Below are positions 62,524 through 64,000 of a stretch of DNA of 64,000 nt, one piece after another. The stretch comes from Nitrospirota bacterium. GTDB taxonomy: Bacteria; Nitrospirota; UBA9217. The stretch spans positions 1,376,001 to 1,440,000 of the forward strand of contig CAVTRN010000002.1 in NCBI GenBank assembly GCA_963737155.1. Reading direction: 5' to 3'. Under the pieces are notes generated by a model that had not been told where the DNA came from, searched no databases, and saw only the letters and a list, made by a program, of their open reading frames with translations. Within the stretch, counting starts at the first letter, position 1, and every line of letters begins with the position of its first letter. Both the position numbers and the translations under genes were made by a program.

Positions 62524-63015
62524 ATGATTGTTTTTATACGCATAGACGACCGCCTTATTCACGGGCAGGTTGTGGAGGGTTGGGTGAACTATCTGAAGGC
62601 ATCTTGCCTCCTTGTTGCCGACGATGCCGTCGCTTCAAACACGCTTCAGCGTTCTATCATGGAATTGGCGGTCCCGCAAGGGCTGAAGGTGATGATTGGC
62701 CCGGTGGAGGAAATTTGCAGGCGGCTGCGGACCCCGGAGCTGGATGCCGAACGGATCATGCTGCTGTTCTCCAACCCCGCCGACGTTCTCCGTGCGATCA
62801 AGGCGGGGATGGAGTGCCGCTCCCTGAACGTCGGCGGATTGCACTTCATCCCGGGCAAGCGCAAGCTTATGGATGTACTTGCGGTGAATGAAGAGGACTT
62901 GGATGCACTCAGAGAGATCGTCGGTAAAGGGATTAAAATCGATATTCAGACAGTGCCCACTCAACGTCCGATTCCACTCAGGAAAATTCTTGATGCCTGC
63001 GCGATAAAGAAATAA
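62524..63015 (+). CDS. PTS mannose/sorbose-family EIIB
   Basis: RIDDRLIHGQV, LNVGG, Q.VP. Confidence 0.95.
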   Translation: MIVFIRIDDRLIHGQVVEGWVNYLKASCLLVADDAVASNTLQRSIMELAVPQGLKVMIGPVEEICRRLRTPELDAERIMLLFSNPADVLRAIKAGMECRSLNVGGLHFIPGKRKLMDVLAVNEEDLDALREIVGKGIKIDIQTVPTQRPIPLRKILDACAIKK

Positions 63016-63025
63016 GTAAGTACAA

Positions 63026-63153
63026 CTTGCAATTCCCCGTGGTTTGCTGCAGGGTCACCGCATAGAGGGAAGAGTTTGAGAAACCGCCGGCTTCTCATAA
63101 GATAATCATCTTCCTTTTTATAGATACCCCGCAACTTGTTGCAGGAGGTTCAT
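63026..63153 (+). mobile_element. Non-autonomous IS200/IS605-end element (PATE-like), family A copy 2
   Basis: Shares CAGGGTCACCGCATAGAGGGAAGAGTTTGAGAA and both terminal hairpins with 4188-4316; ends GGAGGTTCAT. Confidence 0.7.
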
Positions 63154-63204
63154 TGAGCAGAGTTTGGAGTAAGGAGTACTGAAGGGGTTTGAAGGGGTAT
63201 TTCG

Positions 63205-63981
63205 ATGGCGGCGTTTAATATGCATACTGTTCTGGCAGTTCTCGGGATTGCGTTCGTCGGCGGGGCCATTGGACTCGACCGGACCGCAGCTGGCCAGTTT
63301 ATGATTTCCCAGCCCATCGTTGCCGGTCCCCTTACGGGGTGGATGCTTGGAGAACCCACAGCGGGGATTATTGTTGGAGCAACGCTAGAACTGATATGGG
63401 TTCTCGATATGCCGGTCGGAACTTTTGTTCCCGCGGACGCGACAATCGGGACGGTATCGGCAACGGCCATTGCGGCCCTCGGTGCCCCATCTGGCGCGCC
63501 GCTCCCTCTTATCGGCTTCAGCATACTTTTGTCAACGGCGATGGTGACAATGACCATGAAGGCTGAAGGGTTGGTACGAACCTGGAATTCACAGTTCACC
63601 GAAAAAGCGTTGTCTACATCAGGTCCGAATACAGGACCCGCGTTATTTCGTGCTCAGTCTTTAGGGCTTGCGCTGTTTTATCTGAAATCGTTTGTTCTTT
63701 ATTGTATCTTTATTCCCTTGGGGCTTGCGGCAACTGGGTTGTACAGGAATTTGCCGGATGCATTCCCGAGAGCATTGTCGTTGTTTGTCAAGCTGCTCCC
63801 CCTTTTGGGAGTGGCGTTGGTTGTGCGCAAAATCACAGTGAAGACATTCGATCAGTATGTTCTGGTCGGTTTTGCGACTGCTGTTCTTTTCGCAATGTTG
63901 ATACATGCTCCCGACTTTGTCGTGCTGCTCACGGCAGCCGTGGGGTGGATAGGAGCTAGGTACAGTGAACGGCAATCGTGA
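63205..63981 (+). CDS. PTS mannose-family EIIC
   Basis: LD...Q.MISQPIVAG...G..LG....G...GA.LEL.W....PVG..VP. Confidence 0.88.
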   Translation: MAAFNMHTVLAVLGIAFVGGAIGLDRTAAGQFMISQPIVAGPLTGWMLGEPTAGIIVGATLELIWVLDMPVGTFVPADATIGTVSATAIAALGAPSGAPLPLIGFSILLSTAMVTMTMKAEGLVRTWNSQFTEKALSTSGPNTGPALFRAQSLGLALFYLKSFVLYCIFIPLGLAATGLYRNLPDAFPRALSLFVKLLPLLGVALVVRKITVKTFDQYVLVGFATAVLFAMLIHAPDFVVLLTAAVGWIGARYSERQS

Positions 63982-64000
63982 TACAATTGGTATTCGCGAT

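Noticed and set aside
63978-64000. Start of PTS EIID
   Set aside because: Expected by synteny, and a GTG overlaps the EIIC stop, but only 7 codons are visible.

Overview
Mostly core chromosome of an anaerobic Gram-negative bacterium. Gene order and style suggest Nitrospirota or a deltaproteobacterium-like lineage (inference). Core blocks are hflX, an LPS heptosyltransferase, ubiX, argS-tgt-yajC-secDF, slt, the yceD-rpmF-plsX-fabH...fabD-fabG-acpP-fabF-rnc operon, bioA, degP, yebC-ruvCAB-queH, and lptCAB-rpoN-hpf-ptsN-hprK-rapZ-PTS(Man) IIA/IIB/IIC. The most striking observation is an acyl-CoA dehydrogenase plus EtfB plus ferredoxin-fused EtfA (bifurcating Bcd/CarCDE type) inserted between fabH and fabD, in a fab operon that has no enoyl-ACP reductase. 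This is a candidate electron-bifurcating step in fatty-acid synthesis. Other notable items: (1) a frameshifted IS1341-type tnpB that interrupts a DUF1573 gene with an in-frame UGA and a SECIS-like hairpin (probable selenoprotein); (2) hflX apparently starting at AUU; (3) an intact IS607 element with a long, zinc-finger-less TnpB; (4) five short IS200/IS605-end-derived elements (PATE-like); (5) a group II intron DV/DVI remnant; (6) 9-nt-periodic inverted intergenic repeats; (7) a candidate ~180-nt structured RNA; (8) an output-less membrane GAF-PAS sensor beside the rpoN/PTS-Ntr cluster. All calls come from reading motifs by eye; no database searches were run.
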